64,000 nucleotides of DNA from Enoplolaimus lenunculus (taxonomy: Eukaryota). Of the stretch, positions 13,222 through 26,024 are shown in pieces. The translations under genes were made by a program, and so were the position numbers. How positions within the stretch are numbered: position 1 is the first letter of the stretch; each line of letters begins with the position of its first letter. The stretch lies in NCBI GenBank assembly GCA_030248215.1, contig JASANG010002214.1:1-64000 (forward strand), written 5' to 3'. Under the pieces are notes generated by a model, which was not told the origin of the DNA, searched no databases, and worked only from the letters and a program-made list of their open reading frames with translations.

Positions 13222-13641
13222 CATTGTAGTGACCCGAATAAGAGGGGACTGATATTTATTTGGCCTCTCCAGATTGTACCCCCTGTTATATTCAGTTACG
13301 CACTGTTATTTATTTTTAACCCGCCTTTCGTTACTGGTATACGGTATTCCAACTATCCGTTGAATTAAACGGTTGTCTTGCATCAAAAGGCTTGAGCGAT
13401 AATGCAAGGTTTATACTTTGGAATGTACTTTCAAAACTTAAGCATGCCTTAAAATTTCCAACTCAAATTTATTTGAGCGTGGAGTTATTTTATGCACTAT
13501 ACAACTAGAGACAATTGACATTTATAAACTCTAATTACGGTTTCGGGACTCTATCCGCTTACGGACTGTTACTAGCGATACGGACTCCTATTGATTGGGA
13601 CTCAAAATGGGGAGCTACCTCTTATTCGGGTCACTAAAGTA
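13222..13641 (-). mobile_element. ~445-bp TA-flanked MITE
   Basis: same TIRs and interior. Confidence 0.78.
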
Positions 13642-14607
13642 CAAATTGGATTTTTGAATAAACAAGAAAAAATACTTTCATTAAAATAACCGTCTCGATT
13701 CTAGAAGTCAAAATTATTTACCCTGACTCGTTTTGCGCTCGCTCGCAGTATTCGCATCAGCCAGCAAGTACCGTTTCAAAATAAAAACTTCTGTTTACCG
13801 CCCTGCTATAAACCGTGACCAAATAAAGACTGCGGTTCGCTGAATTCCCTAATCGAATATTAAGTTTCGTTTGTTAATAAATTCATGCAATTTTTCGCCT
13901 TAACTCCCCACGCAATTAGCAATTAACAATATTCAGCTGTAATTTGTTAATAAGGTTTTATGTGCATTCAGTGTTTATACATTTGCTGTCAGAAGCATCA
14001 TAATACAGTAATTAACCTTAATTAAACTTTGAACAGTATAACCATGCAACGATTGGGATCCTAACGAAACCTGTAAACCAGGATTTGATTTCGAAACGGG
14101 AGTTTTGTATAGCGTCAAAAACGTTTTGCTTTTGCGAACGAGTATAGCGAGCGAGAAAATGCTTTTTTGACCTCTGCAGGTTATTCTATAACCATTAATC
14201 TGTGGCTTTTTCCAATCTCCAATGGGAATACGTCTCCCCATCACATGTTATTTTTACGCCTCTGGCCACAACAATAATCGCGGTATTTGTGCTTGTTTGA
14301 GAGTTGGTTAAATATCTGCGCCTGTTTTATTGGAGATCATCCGGTGGTTTGTAAATCGGTGTTTATGTAACGGCATAGTTTTATTCCGGATATTGATGAA
14401 CGACCGAATGTCGTTTAAGGATTACGCTTAGTCTATTGCAAAATTGTAGAAAAACGTTGCGCTCCTGATCTTTACATGGGCCGCTCGACAGGGTAAACGC
14501 GTATTCCTGTATCGTGCTGCAGTTTCAAACTTTATTCTCTATAGGTACACTGACCATTTATTGACGGCCGAGGAAAAACACGCTGCAGTTACTTTTGCAG
14601 GATTTGC

Positions 14608-14822
14608 GGCCAATGTAAAGAACAGGGGTGGAACAGTATTATAAGCATATTTCTAAGCCTAAGCGTTAGCTTAATCCCAAGCTTAAGCGTAAGAATGAGC
14701 ATATTCCTAAGCATAAGCCTAAGCCTAAGCCTAACAAAGTGTAAAATAAATAGTTGAAAGCTTAAGCGTATTTTTTTCTAATTCCACAGAAAAACGTTCC
14801 GAGCCTGATCTTTACATGGGTC
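14608..14822 (+). mobile_element. TTAGGC-bearing MITE, subfamily A
   Basis: perfect TSD ggatttgc. Confidence 0.85.
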
Positions 14823-15389
14823 GGATTTGCTAACGCAGATGCGAACCACGACCACTATCGATTATAAGTCGAATATCGCTACCGCACCAATTACGAGCTG
14901 TCGCGGTGGACCCGAACGGGGGGTCTTTGGTTACGAAAGGGTTCAATAAACGATTGAAATACAATTGATAAAGTTACAGCTTCAACTATTTGAAATTGTC
15001 TCCCCTGTAGCTCACATGCATACCCCAAGCTTAATGTTTGCTCGGAGCCAATGATATTAGGTTTGGGATTTTAAGATGGGTTGTTTCGCGAATTTTCCGA
15101 TGATCTTACGCTTTGAACCAGCACCGCAACGTTAACAAACGGTAATCTATGCTACAGCGCTCTATTTATTTAGCTAACCAGGGTGTAAAATGGATAATGA
15201 AACTAACGAATGCAAAAAACGAATATTAATATATAAGTTGACATTGTAACAAAATCTTAACGGTGCTGTCCAATGTATACAATAGGGCCATAGAGCCCAA
15301 GCTCAAACCTTAATCTTAATGTTGGGGAAAATTATACAAGAGCCTACCCTCGCTTGTAATTCATGCAAGATAACTTGCATACATGGTTC

Positions 15390-15586
15390 GGCCCATGTAT
15401 AGAACAAGGCCGGGTTGTTTTCCAGCGTGGCTGTAATAGCGTCAGTTTATGCTTTAGACTAACTTTTTTGCTTAGGCTTGGGCTTAGGCTTAGGCTTGAG
15501 AATAGGCTCATCCTTACGCTTAGACTTAGGCTAAGGCTTAGGAATATGCTTAAACTACTGTTCCGGCCTTGTTCTATACATGGGCC
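15390..15586 (-). mobile_element. TTAGGC-bearing MITE, subfamily B
   Basis: TIRs; TSD catggttc/cgtgattc. Confidence 0.8.
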
Positions 15587-16090
15587 CGTGATTCGTAGAC
15601 ATATTTTGACTGCTCTATCGCGTTGGTTGACTTGGCTTCGACCGTTGAGTACAATCAAAAGCATAATTATAGTTCGGTGTAAGCGCACTATACTATTTAG
15701 AATTGACATCTAAAATTATCTTTACAAATTATTTCATGTACACAGCAACCGCAGTGAACTTTAGCAGAAAATGGGGCCTACTAAATTGACAATTGTGTGT
15801 TTGTTTACAATCGTTGCGATGTGTCAAATCAATACAACAGTTTGCTCATATCTTATTGACCCGATTCACATTATTAGCAAAAAGTGTGCAAATTGTGAAC
15901 TCTTTCAAGGTTAGTTCATCAATCTATTGGCCATTGTTTACTTTTTACGCATACACGTATCAGCAGTCTAAGTCAAACGCTAAGCTTAAGCTTAACTTTG
16001 AAATTAAGCCAATAAGCAAACAAGTATAGTCTGTTTCGCTAAAAAACGATATGCTGAAATATGAGCCAATCGGTTAAGATAGAATCCAAA

Positions 16091-16536
16091 TACTGTATTG
16101 ACCCGAATAAGAGGGGGGTTATAAGAGGGGGTCCCCATTTTGGGTCCGAATCAATAGGAGTCCGTATCCGTAATAAGAGTGCGTAAGCGGATAGAGTCTC
16201 TAAACCGTATTAGAGTCCATAAATGTCAATGAATCCTAATTGTTGCCCATAAATGACTCCAGGACCAAAGAATTTGACTTCGAAACTTTAAAGTGTACTT
16301 AAATTTTGAAAGTACATTCCTAAGTATATCCTTGAATTACCGCTCAAGCTACTGACACAAGACAAACAAACGTTTAATTCAACGGATAATTGCAGTACCG
16401 GATATATATCAGTAACGAAGGGCGGCGGAGCGTGGGTTAAAAATAAATAACAGTCCGTAACCGTATAACAAGGGGGGTTCCCTCTAGAGAGGCCAAATAT
16501 ATATCAGTCCCCCCTCTTATTCGGGTCAATACAGTA
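16091..16536 (+). mobile_element. ~445-bp TA-flanked MITE
   Basis: near-perfect TIRs, TA both sides. Confidence 0.85.
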
Positions 16537-16560
16537 CTTCTATATGCTCACAAGCCTGTA

Positions 16561-16774
16561 CACTTAAAAATGATGCCTCAAATCGACTCTCTCCGAAATA
16601 GGTTTTTCCGGACTACACAAACTGAGTCAAATTCGACTCCGTCAGAGTAACATTTGACTGACCTGAGTCGCTCAGTGAGTCGAATTTGACTCTTGCGGCG
16701 TTGAATTGGACTCTGTGTAGTGCCGAAAAGCCTATTTCGGAGAGAGTCAATTTGACTAACCATTTTTTGCAGTG
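16561..16774. mobile_element. ~200-bp CACTG-terminal MITE rich in GAGTC/GACTC
   Basis: TA-CAC..AAAAATG ... CCATTTTTTGCAGTG-TA. Confidence 0.72.
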
Positions 16775-17160
16775 TAGTCATTATAGATGCAAGACTGTCA
16801 CGAAACCATGCATACATTGGAAATCAATCGTTTAATCAGGCACGCTTCAATACAGTTCCCATTCGTTTTTGGGTCATAAATTAATTATACTGTCTTGCTA
16901 AATACATTCCTAGCAGTATTCAAAACGGTTACGAGTACCTTATCTCGTAAACACTGAAATAATGCAGAAGTAAACAGAGCATTTGTCGATGAACGTCATG
17001 TATCACTGCAAAAAATGGCGAGTCAAATTGACTCTCTCCGAAATAGGCTTTTTTTCTGACGACACAAACAGAGTCAAAATTTGACTCAACCTGAGTCAAA
17101 TTCGACTCAATTTGACTCTGGACAGAAGTAAACAGAGAATTTTCGATGAACGTCATGTAT

Positions 17161-17361
17161 CACTGCAAAAAATGGAGAGTCAAATTGACTCTCTCCGAAA
17201 TAGGCTTTTCCTGCCTACACAAACTGAGTCAAAATGTGACTCTACCTGAGTCAAATTCGACTCAATTTGACTCAGGACGGAGTCGAATTTTGACTCAGTT
17301 TGTGTAGTAAGGAAAAGCCGATTTCCGAGAGAGTCAATTTGACTCACCATTTTTTGTAGTG
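17161..17361. mobile_element. CACTG-terminal GAGTC MITE, preceded by a partial tandem duplicate (17004-17120)
   Basis: TIRs CACTGCAAAAAATGG/CCATTTTTTGTAGTG; 157-bp local duplication incl. flank. Confidence 0.75.
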
Positions 17362-17561
17362 TATAACAGTGGAATATGCAAAATTCGCAAACGAGCGGGC
17401 GGCAAGTAAAACGCAGCTTTAATATTGAGTCCTAAGTACAAAGTTTTGGTTTACGTCTGGTCCGCAAAGCCTACTTTAAAATAATTATTTCACCAACCAA
17501 TTTCATATCTAACATAAGTCTTTGACATTTAGAGTATGAAACCTGATATAACACTTGTAAT

Positions 17562-17935
17562 GGCCCCCGTGTATAGAACAGGGTCGAATCGTTTTCCGTA
17601 GGGGCTGTACTAGAGCCAGTTTAAGCTTCAGACTAAATTTTTTGCTTAGGCTTTAGGCTTAGGCTAAAGATTAGGCTCATCTTAACGCTTAGGCTTAGGC
17701 TTAAGAATAGGCTCATCTTTACGCTTAGGCTTAGGCTTAAGAATAGGCTCATCTTTACGCTTAGGCTTAGGCTTAAGAATAGGCTCATCTTTACGCTTAG
17801 GCTTAGGCTTAAGAATAGGCTCATCTTTACGCTTAGGCTTAGGCTTAAGAATAGGCTCATCTTTACGCTTAGGCTTAGGTTTAGGCTTAGGAACATGCTT
17901 ATACTACTGTTACAGCCTTGTTCTATACAAGGGCC
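17562..17935 (-). mobile_element. TTAGGC-bearing MITE, subfamily B, internal 36-bp unit x~6
   Basis: perfect TSD cttgtaat. Confidence 0.85.
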
Positions 17936-18009
17936 CTTGTAATGATACTAGTCACAGCGAGGTTGCAATATTTGCAACTGGCACCAAAACAAATGTCGCA
18001 ACGAAGCTA

Positions 18010-18206
18010 CACTGTAAAAAATGGCGAGTCAAATTGACTCTCTCGGAAAGTGGCTTTTCTTGACTACACAAACTGAGTCAAATTTGACCCCGCTAGAGTC
18101 AAATTCGATTCACTGTTGACTCTGGCGGAGTCAAATTTGACTCAGTTTGTGGTGAGGAAAAGCCTGTTTCCCAGACACTCAATTTGACTCCCCATTTTTT
18201 ACAGTT
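18010..18206. mobile_element. CACTG-terminal GAGTC MITE
   Basis: TIRs and interior palindrome. Confidence 0.72.
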
Positions 18207-18581
18207 TAAACATTTTGTTATAATACAAAACCTAAACAATATTTGATGCAGAGTTGTGTGCTCCTAATATGCTTAATTACCATACGCATCTAAAAATCGG
18301 CTGCAACGTTGCCTAAAATACGTATATGAAGCGTTTCAGCTTTAAGATCGATACCATACTGAATCGTTAATGTTTCAGTATTGCAATTGTTTTGAATAAT
18401 TTTAGCGTCAAATACACCAATATTGTTTTTGCCTTCAACGCGCACGCAAAAAACGCATTATCGATGCTGCATACAAGGTACTCTTCCACATTACATGAAC
18501 TTTAACCAACAAGAATCTATATTACTTGGTAAGCAAACTTTTGCAGTATATAACTAAAAATTTGCCATTCAAACTACGATT

Positions 18582-18712
18582 GGCCCGTGTTACTTTAAGG
18601 GGCGTCCAGGTTTCCGGTGGGTCTATAAAAGTGTAGGATTAGATTCTATATTACATTTTTTTGCTTAGGCTTAGGCTTAGACTTAGGCGCGCCCCTTAAA
18701 ATAACATGGGCC
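18582..18712 (-). mobile_element. TTAGGC-bearing MITE, subfamily C (short)
   Basis: TIR GGCCC.TGTTACTTTAAGGGGCG at both ends. Confidence 0.7.
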
Positions 18713-19216
18713 CTACGATTTATGCCCCGAAACTCTCGGATGGGAGGCGTTTACCTGCACTGTTCGATTAAGAGTGTCAATCTTATGCGTGACAGGGAAC
18801 TCTGGAGTCTCCTGAGATGTACAATTTGGACTCGATTCGTTAACATACGGCAAATTCGGATGTAAAAAATCCGAACCCGGAACCGGAAGTATGGCAAAAT
18901 GGGGTACAAAATGTATAACGGTAACTTTGATATTTTCAACAGTAATTCGAAATATGCCGTATTCTTTTATCAGAAATCTGTACCAGAACAATTTTTCAAA
19001 ATTATCCCACAGTCGCAAAACAAACTGACCGTTAACAACGTTAATGAAAATATGATCAATTTATATTCAAGCCTGAGGTCTATTTTCCGCCGGAAGGCAG
19101 CCGGCGATAGAACTCCGTTTGTCTCCTGGTTCATAGTATACATATACTTATGTTAGGTATTGTTAAATTCGTGTTCAAATTGTTTCTGAAAAACGCAACC
19201 AAGCTCTAAAAAATAT

Positions 19217-19385
19217 GGCCCATTATAGAATAGGGCCGGTTCGTTTTCCGGCGGGGCTGTAATAGAGCCAGTTTAAGCATTAGACTATCTTTTTTGCTTA
19301 GGCTTAGGTTTAGGCTTAGATTTAGGCTTAGAATTAGAAATATGCTTGTACTACGGTTCCGGCCCTGTTCTATACCTACATTGGC
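19217..19385 (-). mobile_element. TTAGGC-bearing MITE, subfamily B
   Basis: TIRs slightly decayed, core intact. Confidence 0.7.
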
Positions 19386-19926
19386 GAAAAATATTAACAA
19401 GCAATAGGTGGTGTAAAATTTATTTTTTTTTCTAAAGCTGGTCAGGCAAAATATGCCTTGTGAACTTTTGAAAGTTTAAGTTTGGTTATTCAAATTTTAC
19501 GGTCCTGAACAAACTCTGCGAATATAAGAAGACTGACCCATTATCGCAGTATGTCGTAAAAACCAGCAATAATCACTCAAGAGATAATATGCTCATTACA
19601 AAATCCCTCTGGGGTTATCGAACATTAATGTTTGCTTAAAACGTACGATTCTGGTTGACTTTCAGATGATAAAGACCCAGTTGAACTGTACGATTCTTCA
19701 AGTGAAATTGAAAAATCAACAGATGTTAGCAAAGATGCTAAAAATGTTCGTAGACGCAATAAATATTATGGTCATTTGCGGTTTGGATAACAACCGTTTT
19801 GGTGTATTACATACGTTATATTGGCCTGTGTACTGGGAGACAGGAAAACTCGGGGACTTATAGACCAGTAGGCGTAGGCTTAGGCTTTTGCGTGTACTCT
19901 TAGGCTAAAATTTAGGCTTAGACTAA

Positions 19927-20174
19927 CGCCCTATGTACACGTGCAACTTGTACCTGCAAGTTTGGTCCCAGAGAAGCTTTGAAGTTTTTGCAGTTGCAAA
20001 TTATTCACTGGAATTTATGTTATTATTTAAATCAATTCGCACCTGTGAATGCAGTTGCAAGTCGCCTGAATTTGTTGCGCTAGCAGATTGATTGGTCAAT
20101 CGGGATCGTTTCTTTGAAAGTGCAAGTTTCAGTTGTGAGTTCTTGCTGCAAAAACTTGCACGTGTGAATGGGCC
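19927..20174. mobile_element. Putative Harbinger-like MITE; related fragment ~37470-37660
   Basis: imperfect TIR gcccta.gtacacgtgcaa / ttgcacgtgtgaatgggc; interior repeated at 37.5 kb. Confidence 0.45.
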
Positions 20175-20699
20175 ATTAAGATTAGTGGGCAGACAAATAT
20201 AGTTAACGTGGGTCCAATATTTTTTGCTTGTGTTTTGTTATAAACGCATGTTAATCATAGCGACCTGCTCAATGACAGACCGGAAGACTTAGGAGGCTGG
20301 AAAACTTAGGTTCACACTCAGATTTAGAATCATAAGCTTAGTACGCAGGCCTTCTAGTTAACATTGACCGTACATTGTAGCAACGTTCATAGATGAAATT
20401 AAATTGATTGAACTTTGTTCAAAGAGTTATGTAACGTATTAATATTGGTCGGAGCCGACACCGAAATACGAGTTGGTTTTTGGTCCGGAAAAATTTAGTT
20501 TACCGGTGAAATAAGTTTTTGTTCCGGAAAAACTGAGTTTACCGATGAAATAGGTTTTTTCGCTTTTTTACCAAAATAAGAAAAACGGAAAACTGAAAAA
20601 CATACACTCGAACATGCAAAGACTTCAATACGTGCAAACTGCAATGTGTGGTGCCAAAATGATACTAATAGAAACACACTACTGTTTTTAAGGATTTAT

Positions 20700-20882
20700 G
20701 GCCAATGTAAAGAACAGGGGCGGAACAAGTATTATAAGAATATTCTTAAGCCTAAGCCTAGGCTAAGCGTAAGAATGAGTTTATTCCTAAGCCTAAGCCA
20801 AGCAAAAAATTAGTCTAAGGTTTAAGTTTACTCTGTTCTAGTCCCACAGAAAAACGTTCCACACCTGATTTTTACATGGTCC
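20700..20882 (+). mobile_element. TTAGGC-bearing MITE, subfamily A
   Basis: TIRs; TSD ggatttat/atatttat. Confidence 0.8.
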
Positions 20883-21510
20883 ATATTTATTAACATTTTT
20901 AAATAAGAAATTAAGCATAGGAACACGCCACAAAAGTGACCGATGCTGAAAACTTGTGGGTTTCAGTCCGACAAAAAATTTGCTCAAAGGATTTGCAGTT
21001 TACGCGCTTTTAGTGTAAAAACTGGATACATTTTGCATAAGAATTGCTGGTAACTAATTAAACCATGTCAAAAACAAAGCATTTTCACATACAAATAGAA
21101 TACAGGTTTTGTTTTGGTTTGAAACCTACCGAGGCTCAGAAAACAACGGCCAGCTGTCTTCCTAGACTTGCCGAACCCGAGACTGTCCGTTCCTACGTTC
21201 GAGTAATAGCAGAAGCACCAAGAATCTATTTGCAAAACTCAACAACGCTAAAAGTTACGGGTCCGCTTTCTTATATCACGAAACCGCATCTGCAGCCTGT
21301 TAAAAACCGGAACCTGACCTGAGACCAGAACTGCAACTTCCGGTTGAACGTTTTTATAGCACTTCAGGAATTTTCTCTCGCAATCTACTTTAAACTCATC
21401 AACCGATTGTTTCGATCAAATAAACAAATTATGTAATAAAAATCAATTCAGATCAGATTAATCAGACCATTAAAATTTTCAACATCGCTTGCAAGTAGCT
21501 TCAAAACCTT

Positions 21511-21715
21511 GGCCAAGGTAAAGAACATAGGCGCTAAGCCAAAGCCTAAGCGTAAGAATGAGCATATTCATAAGCCTAAGCCTAAGCGTAAGAATTAGCA
21601 TATTCATAAGCCTAAGCCTAAGCATAAGCATAGCAAATCAATTAGTCTAAAGCTTATTAAGCGTACTCCATTGCAGTCGACAGAAAAACGTTCCGCCCCT
21701 GATCTTTAGATGGGC
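21511..21715 (+). mobile_element. TTAGGC-bearing MITE, subfamily A, ~70 bp past the sugar-porter stop
   Basis: TIR remnants and core. Confidence 0.7.
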
Positions 21716-21784
21716 AAATCCGTTAAACGACTCTAGTTAATATCTTCTAGTATGTTGAGTTGACCACAGGTCTGCAAAACGTGC

Positions 21785-22070
21785 TCAGTCAATGTCGTAG
21801 TTGCTTTCACCATTTACCATCTGTTGTTCGCCGCCCAGGATCGGTGTATCATCGGTCAATATCCACCACGCAGCTCGGATTTGATCCATGGATTTATCTT
21901 TGGTTTCGGGTAAATATACAAACAGAAATGTTATCACACAAGTCGATGGTGCGACGAACAGCGGTATAAAACTCCACGCTTGGATCGATTCGTTCATTAC
22001 GAGGAACAGTTGAACCAAAACTATTGAGGTTGCGCTCGCTGATGCTATTGAGAGAGACGTTGCAAGAGAC
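21785..22070 (-). CDS. MFS sugar porter (GLUT/SLC2A-like), last exon
   Basis: ttttag acceptor in phase 2; TM11-12 and LPETKD motif; spliced CDS 1509 nt = 502 aa. Confidence 0.85.
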
Positions 22071-22582
22071 CTAAAATACCCATGAATACGCATTTGGCGA
22101 AGTCCACGGACGTCCGCGGGAATTTATATTTGGGGGGTACCGAATAATTATGGGCCCCCTACAATTGTAAATTCAGGATTGTTTACTTTTGACTGAGACA
22201 TGGGGGGCGGTAGCTGAATTTGAGGGATGGGCACGTTGGGACGTCCATGGCGAAAACTCCAAGAAAGTGAGCGTATGCTAGCAAAGCATTGAAAATGCAA
22301 GTCAATTTTTGCACATAACGCGAAACCGTTTTAGTCATTTTTTCCCAATGACGATCGAAAGACACTATTTAGAGGCTAAGCGTAAATCTAAACAAGAAAA
22401 ACAGTGCTATAGCAATACTCACTGCAGAATTTGACTATATATACACTAATCAACGTGATTGCAATATTCATACAAAAAATGCCGTAAAACTCAAAGGTAT
22501 ATAGAATAAATACTTACACAAAATCTACACTATCTTCTATTTAGACCTAGATGTACTAAGCAAATTTATCAGTACAGTTTAT

Positions 22583-22766
22583 GGCCCATGTATAGGACAG
22601 GGCCTGAACAGTAGTATAAGCATATTCCTAAGCCTAAGCCTAAGCCTAAGCGTGATGATGAGCCTATTCCTAAGCCTAAGCCTAAGCAAAAAATTAGCCT
22701 AAAGCTTAAACTGACTCTATTATAGTCCTTCCGGAAAACGATCCGGCCCTGTTCTATGCATGGACC
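22583..22766 (+). mobile_element. TTAGGC-bearing MITE, subfamily B
   Basis: TSD cagtttat/cattttat; in sugar-porter intron 2. Confidence 0.8.
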
Positions 22767-22795
22767 CATTTTATTTGTACACCAAACAACTTTAC

Positions 22796-23796
22796 TTGAC
22801 GCTTTGCGGCGCAAGTTCTGTAGGCAAGTAAAACGCAACAGATCCAATACAAGCAGAGTAGACACAAATTTGAACGGAAATAATAACAACACAGCAATAG
22901 CCAAGCCATTTCGAATGAACCAGTTCGTTGTTAACGTACTGTAACACTGGAAAGCATATATTCAAGACAAGTACTGCAAGTAGCCCTGATAAAAGTAATT
23001 GCCTACGCGGCAAATGTTTGGCTAAAACTAAACCGACTATGCCAAAAAGTACTACCACTGCAGACATGCCAGCGAGAGCGTAGTTGGTATTGGTTTCCGA
23101 TATTGATCCGCCGTTGAGTAAAATTTGTTTCGAGTATGTGATCAATGCTAATAGACCAGTTGCCATTGATGCAAAGCTTGTTGCAACGCCTAATATGATT
23201 GGCCAGCGTAAATTTGGATCGCCGAAAATATCGGCAAGACTCAGAGCGTCCGACGTTTTAGTCATCAGTTGTTCTTGTTCGTATTCTTCGAAAATATCTT
23301 CGACTGGCACCCGGCTGCCATGATAAAATCGAAGCGAGCGTTCACAGCTGACGGTATCGCGTTTATTGAAGTAACAAAATCGTGGCGATTCAGGAAACAA
23401 CGGATACATAGCTAGTTGCAGTAAGCCAATTAAAATTGTAAAGCCAAACAGGTAGCTAACGTGGTCGCTGGAGCCTAGTAGTTCAGGCAGCGATAGGATT
23501 GTACCGACAAGCGACCCGACACCAGTCATAAAGCCTTGTAGTGCGCCGAGTAGGCCGCGATACACAGTTGGCGATGCTTCGTTGATATAAACCGTCAGAA
23601 CAAAATCCGTTCCGACCGCAATACCAGTAACAAAACGTGATAGGATAAAAAGTTCGAATACGTTACACAACAACGACGTGATTGCTAAAACTGTTCCGCA
23701 AAGCATTATGGTGCCGCCAATTAGGAACATTGAAACGCGCCTTCCAAATCGTTGAGAAAAATAAGCAACACACAAGCCACCGATAAAATTACCAAG
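22796..23796 (-). CDS. MFS sugar porter (GLUT/SLC2A-like), exon 2
   Basis: tttcag acceptor, gtaaag donor; sugar-porter motifs RFGRR, RFVTG, YINEASP..YRG, LLGS, PESPR, TEL.PQ. Confidence 0.9.
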
Positions 23797-23835
23797 CTGA
23801 AACAGCGAAAAACATTCATTGTCAAGCAGAAGAAC

Positions 23836-24026
23836 CAGTGGCGGATCCAGGATTTCAAAATGGGGGGGGGGGCAAAATTTCACAGGTAATAAACTTATTT
23901 TTTGACCCATACTGTAGTGACCGAAATAAAAGGAGGGTCCCCATTTTGAGTCCCAACATAATTTTTGTCGAGATGCTGTTGGGGGGAGGCACGGGATGGG
24001 GTGGCCCCCCCGTGGATCCGCCATTG
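23836..24026. mobile_element. hAT-type MITE (CAGTGGCGGATCC TIR)
   Basis: perfect 8-bp TSD agaagaac; second copy at 42317. Confidence 0.8.
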
Positions 24027-24760
24027 AGAAGAACAGCTATGAACTGTTCAAGATAGCGGCTTCGCCTTGAAAATCACGACATCCTGTGTTAAAAGGTAAG
24101 TTTTTTTGATTTAAAATCCTTTGCCAACCCCGGTTTCAACCGGCCCCTTAGCCAAGGGCGCGAGGGCCAGGGGAATTTAACCCCCCCTCAAAAAATGTTG
24201 GCCCTCCTAGATAATTTTCAACCTTAAAAGCCAGAGCCAAGAAAATCAAACTGAAAGCTCAATACACAGAATAATAGCGCACCACAAACGGCCCGTAGCA
24301 AGACGTGGACCACGATGGGCTCAGCTTTCAAGAAGGATTCCCCCCAAACAAATTGTCAACCTTGTTTGTAAGCCATCAAAACCCTTGAATGCCCCTCCTG
24401 TTGCATTTTTAGCTCCCTAGCAAAGTGAGCTGGCTACTGGCCTGGTTTGAAAAACACCAAAAATATGTATTATTCAAACCAATTTAATTTCGTCGCAAAT
24501 GTTATGGGGGGGCAACGCTGTGAGACAAAATTGTTTATATAAAAGTTTCCTGTTATAAACATTTTCGAAAGGCGTCTTCGGACTTTATGAACCTCCTGGG
24601 ATGACGTTGGACGCCGTGTCACATACCATAGTCCAAAACTTTGGTTATGATCCTTGTTTTAGGGGGCCTTTTCTGTGATGCTCCGCTTAGATCCGCTAGT
24701 GTTTTACGCTAACGATGACACTGCGTGATTTGTCAGCTACACTGCGACCTGCAAACTTAC

Positions 24761-24982
24761 TTGCAACGCACTGCATGCGAACGACCACAAACTGCTTAAT
24801 TCGTATTTATTTTGAAGATACGTTGAATTCGACTCAAATTGACTAGAAAAACTCGCGTTGAAAAAGTTAACCATAACATGCGATGGAATGTTAACGATCA
24901 CAGAATGATAGCCAAGTGGAAATGAACCAAACAAATTAAGTAATAAAGCAAACACGGTTAGACGCCAATGTGGTAAATCCAT
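24761..24982 (-). CDS. MFS sugar porter (GLUT/SLC2A-like), exon 1
   Basis: ATG at 24982; FGSFPLGYHSVIVNIP (GLUT TM1-like) and SSLWSFACSALQ; gtaagt donor. Confidence 0.82.
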
Positions 24983-25484
24983 TTCAACAGAATTAAACAA
25001 TTTAATAATTGTTTAAATTTTGCGTTTAATAAAATTTATGATCGATCCACTGAGATCAAAACTGCCCTGACAAACTATACAATTAGCATAATTCCTAGGT
25101 TTACTGAACGCTGACCTTCACCTTTTACCTTGGATTGCGATCCTAAGACGCTGTCGCATGGTTGTTTAGCCATTCCAAGAGCCGTAGTTTTATGCGTCGT
25201 TCACAATTAATTTTGTCGGTTTGGTACCACAGCCATTGAGATGGTCAAATGTATAAAACATGGCACCGTAACAGCAGTATAAACATACTCCTAAACCTAA
25301 AGACTACGCGTAAAAATGAGCTTATACCTGAGTCTGAGTTTGGACCTGAGTCTAAGCAAAAAATTAGTCTAGCACTGAAGCTCACTCTATTGCAGTCCCG
25401 CAGAAAAATGTTCCACCGTTCATTGTTTACTTGAGACTGTTGGGTGAACAAGTATGTGACATCTATAGTAGCGTTCGTACTTAA

Positions 25485-25747
25485 CCCTTTCTCACATGAA
25501 TATTTTCCATTTCCCGTGAGACCCACTTTTATGCTAGGATTCGAACTCCAGTGACTGGAGTAGGAGGCGAATACCATCACCACTCAGCTATAGGAGCTTG
25601 ACGCTCGAGCCCGAGGGGGCTCTCACGTCTTCTGGTGATTTAGTACTATGTATACGTGTTGCAATTGTTAAACACGGTGCGATATAGACTATATAACATA
25701 TATACACTGCGCTGAGTTGCCTACAGGCAACTTAATGTGAGAAGGGG
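25485..25747. mobile_element. piggyBac-type non-autonomous element
   Basis: TTAA|CCCTTTCTCACAT ... ATGTGAGAAGGGG|TTAA: TTAA TSD, CCC termini, 13-bp TIR with 1 mismatch. Confidence 0.7.
25525..25597 (-). pseudogene. tRNA-derived sequence (SINE-like head / tRNA pseudogene)
   Basis: A box TAGCTGAGTGG and B box GAGTTCGAATCC at tRNA spacing over 73 nt; anticodon stem does not pair. Confidence 0.6.
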
Positions 25748-26024
25748 TTAATCACAGTCATTAGATAGCACCGTGAGACAAACATCAGTTATAATCAGGC
25801 CCGTAGCCAGTTCACCTTCGCTAGTAGGCTTAAAATTTTCAGGAGGGCACATAACGGTTTTCGCTAACTTACAATCAAGGTTGAAACTTTTCTAGGGGGC
25901 CCAAATTTCTTTCAGAGAGGCTGAGCACTTCTTGCCCCCCCCTGACTACTGGCCCGGTTCCGAAACAGGGTTTAAAAATTGCGTCAACAATGTGCCAGGT
26001 CAATTACTATGTATCAATAATTGG

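Noticed and set aside
8275..15300. Possible small exons between unc-79 and the sugar porter (e.g. ~10520-10620, ~10930-11140, 13975-14244)
   Set aside because: Short open frames with isolated splice-like signals that could not be chained or recognised
23797..24024. N-terminal extension of the 410-aa ORF (MADPRGG...)
   Set aside because: Derives from an intronic hAT-type MITE; the real exon starts at the tttcag acceptor (23796) and joins exon 24761-24982
25525..25597. Functional tRNA gene
   Set aside because: Anticodon stem cannot pair; acceptor and T stems have mismatches
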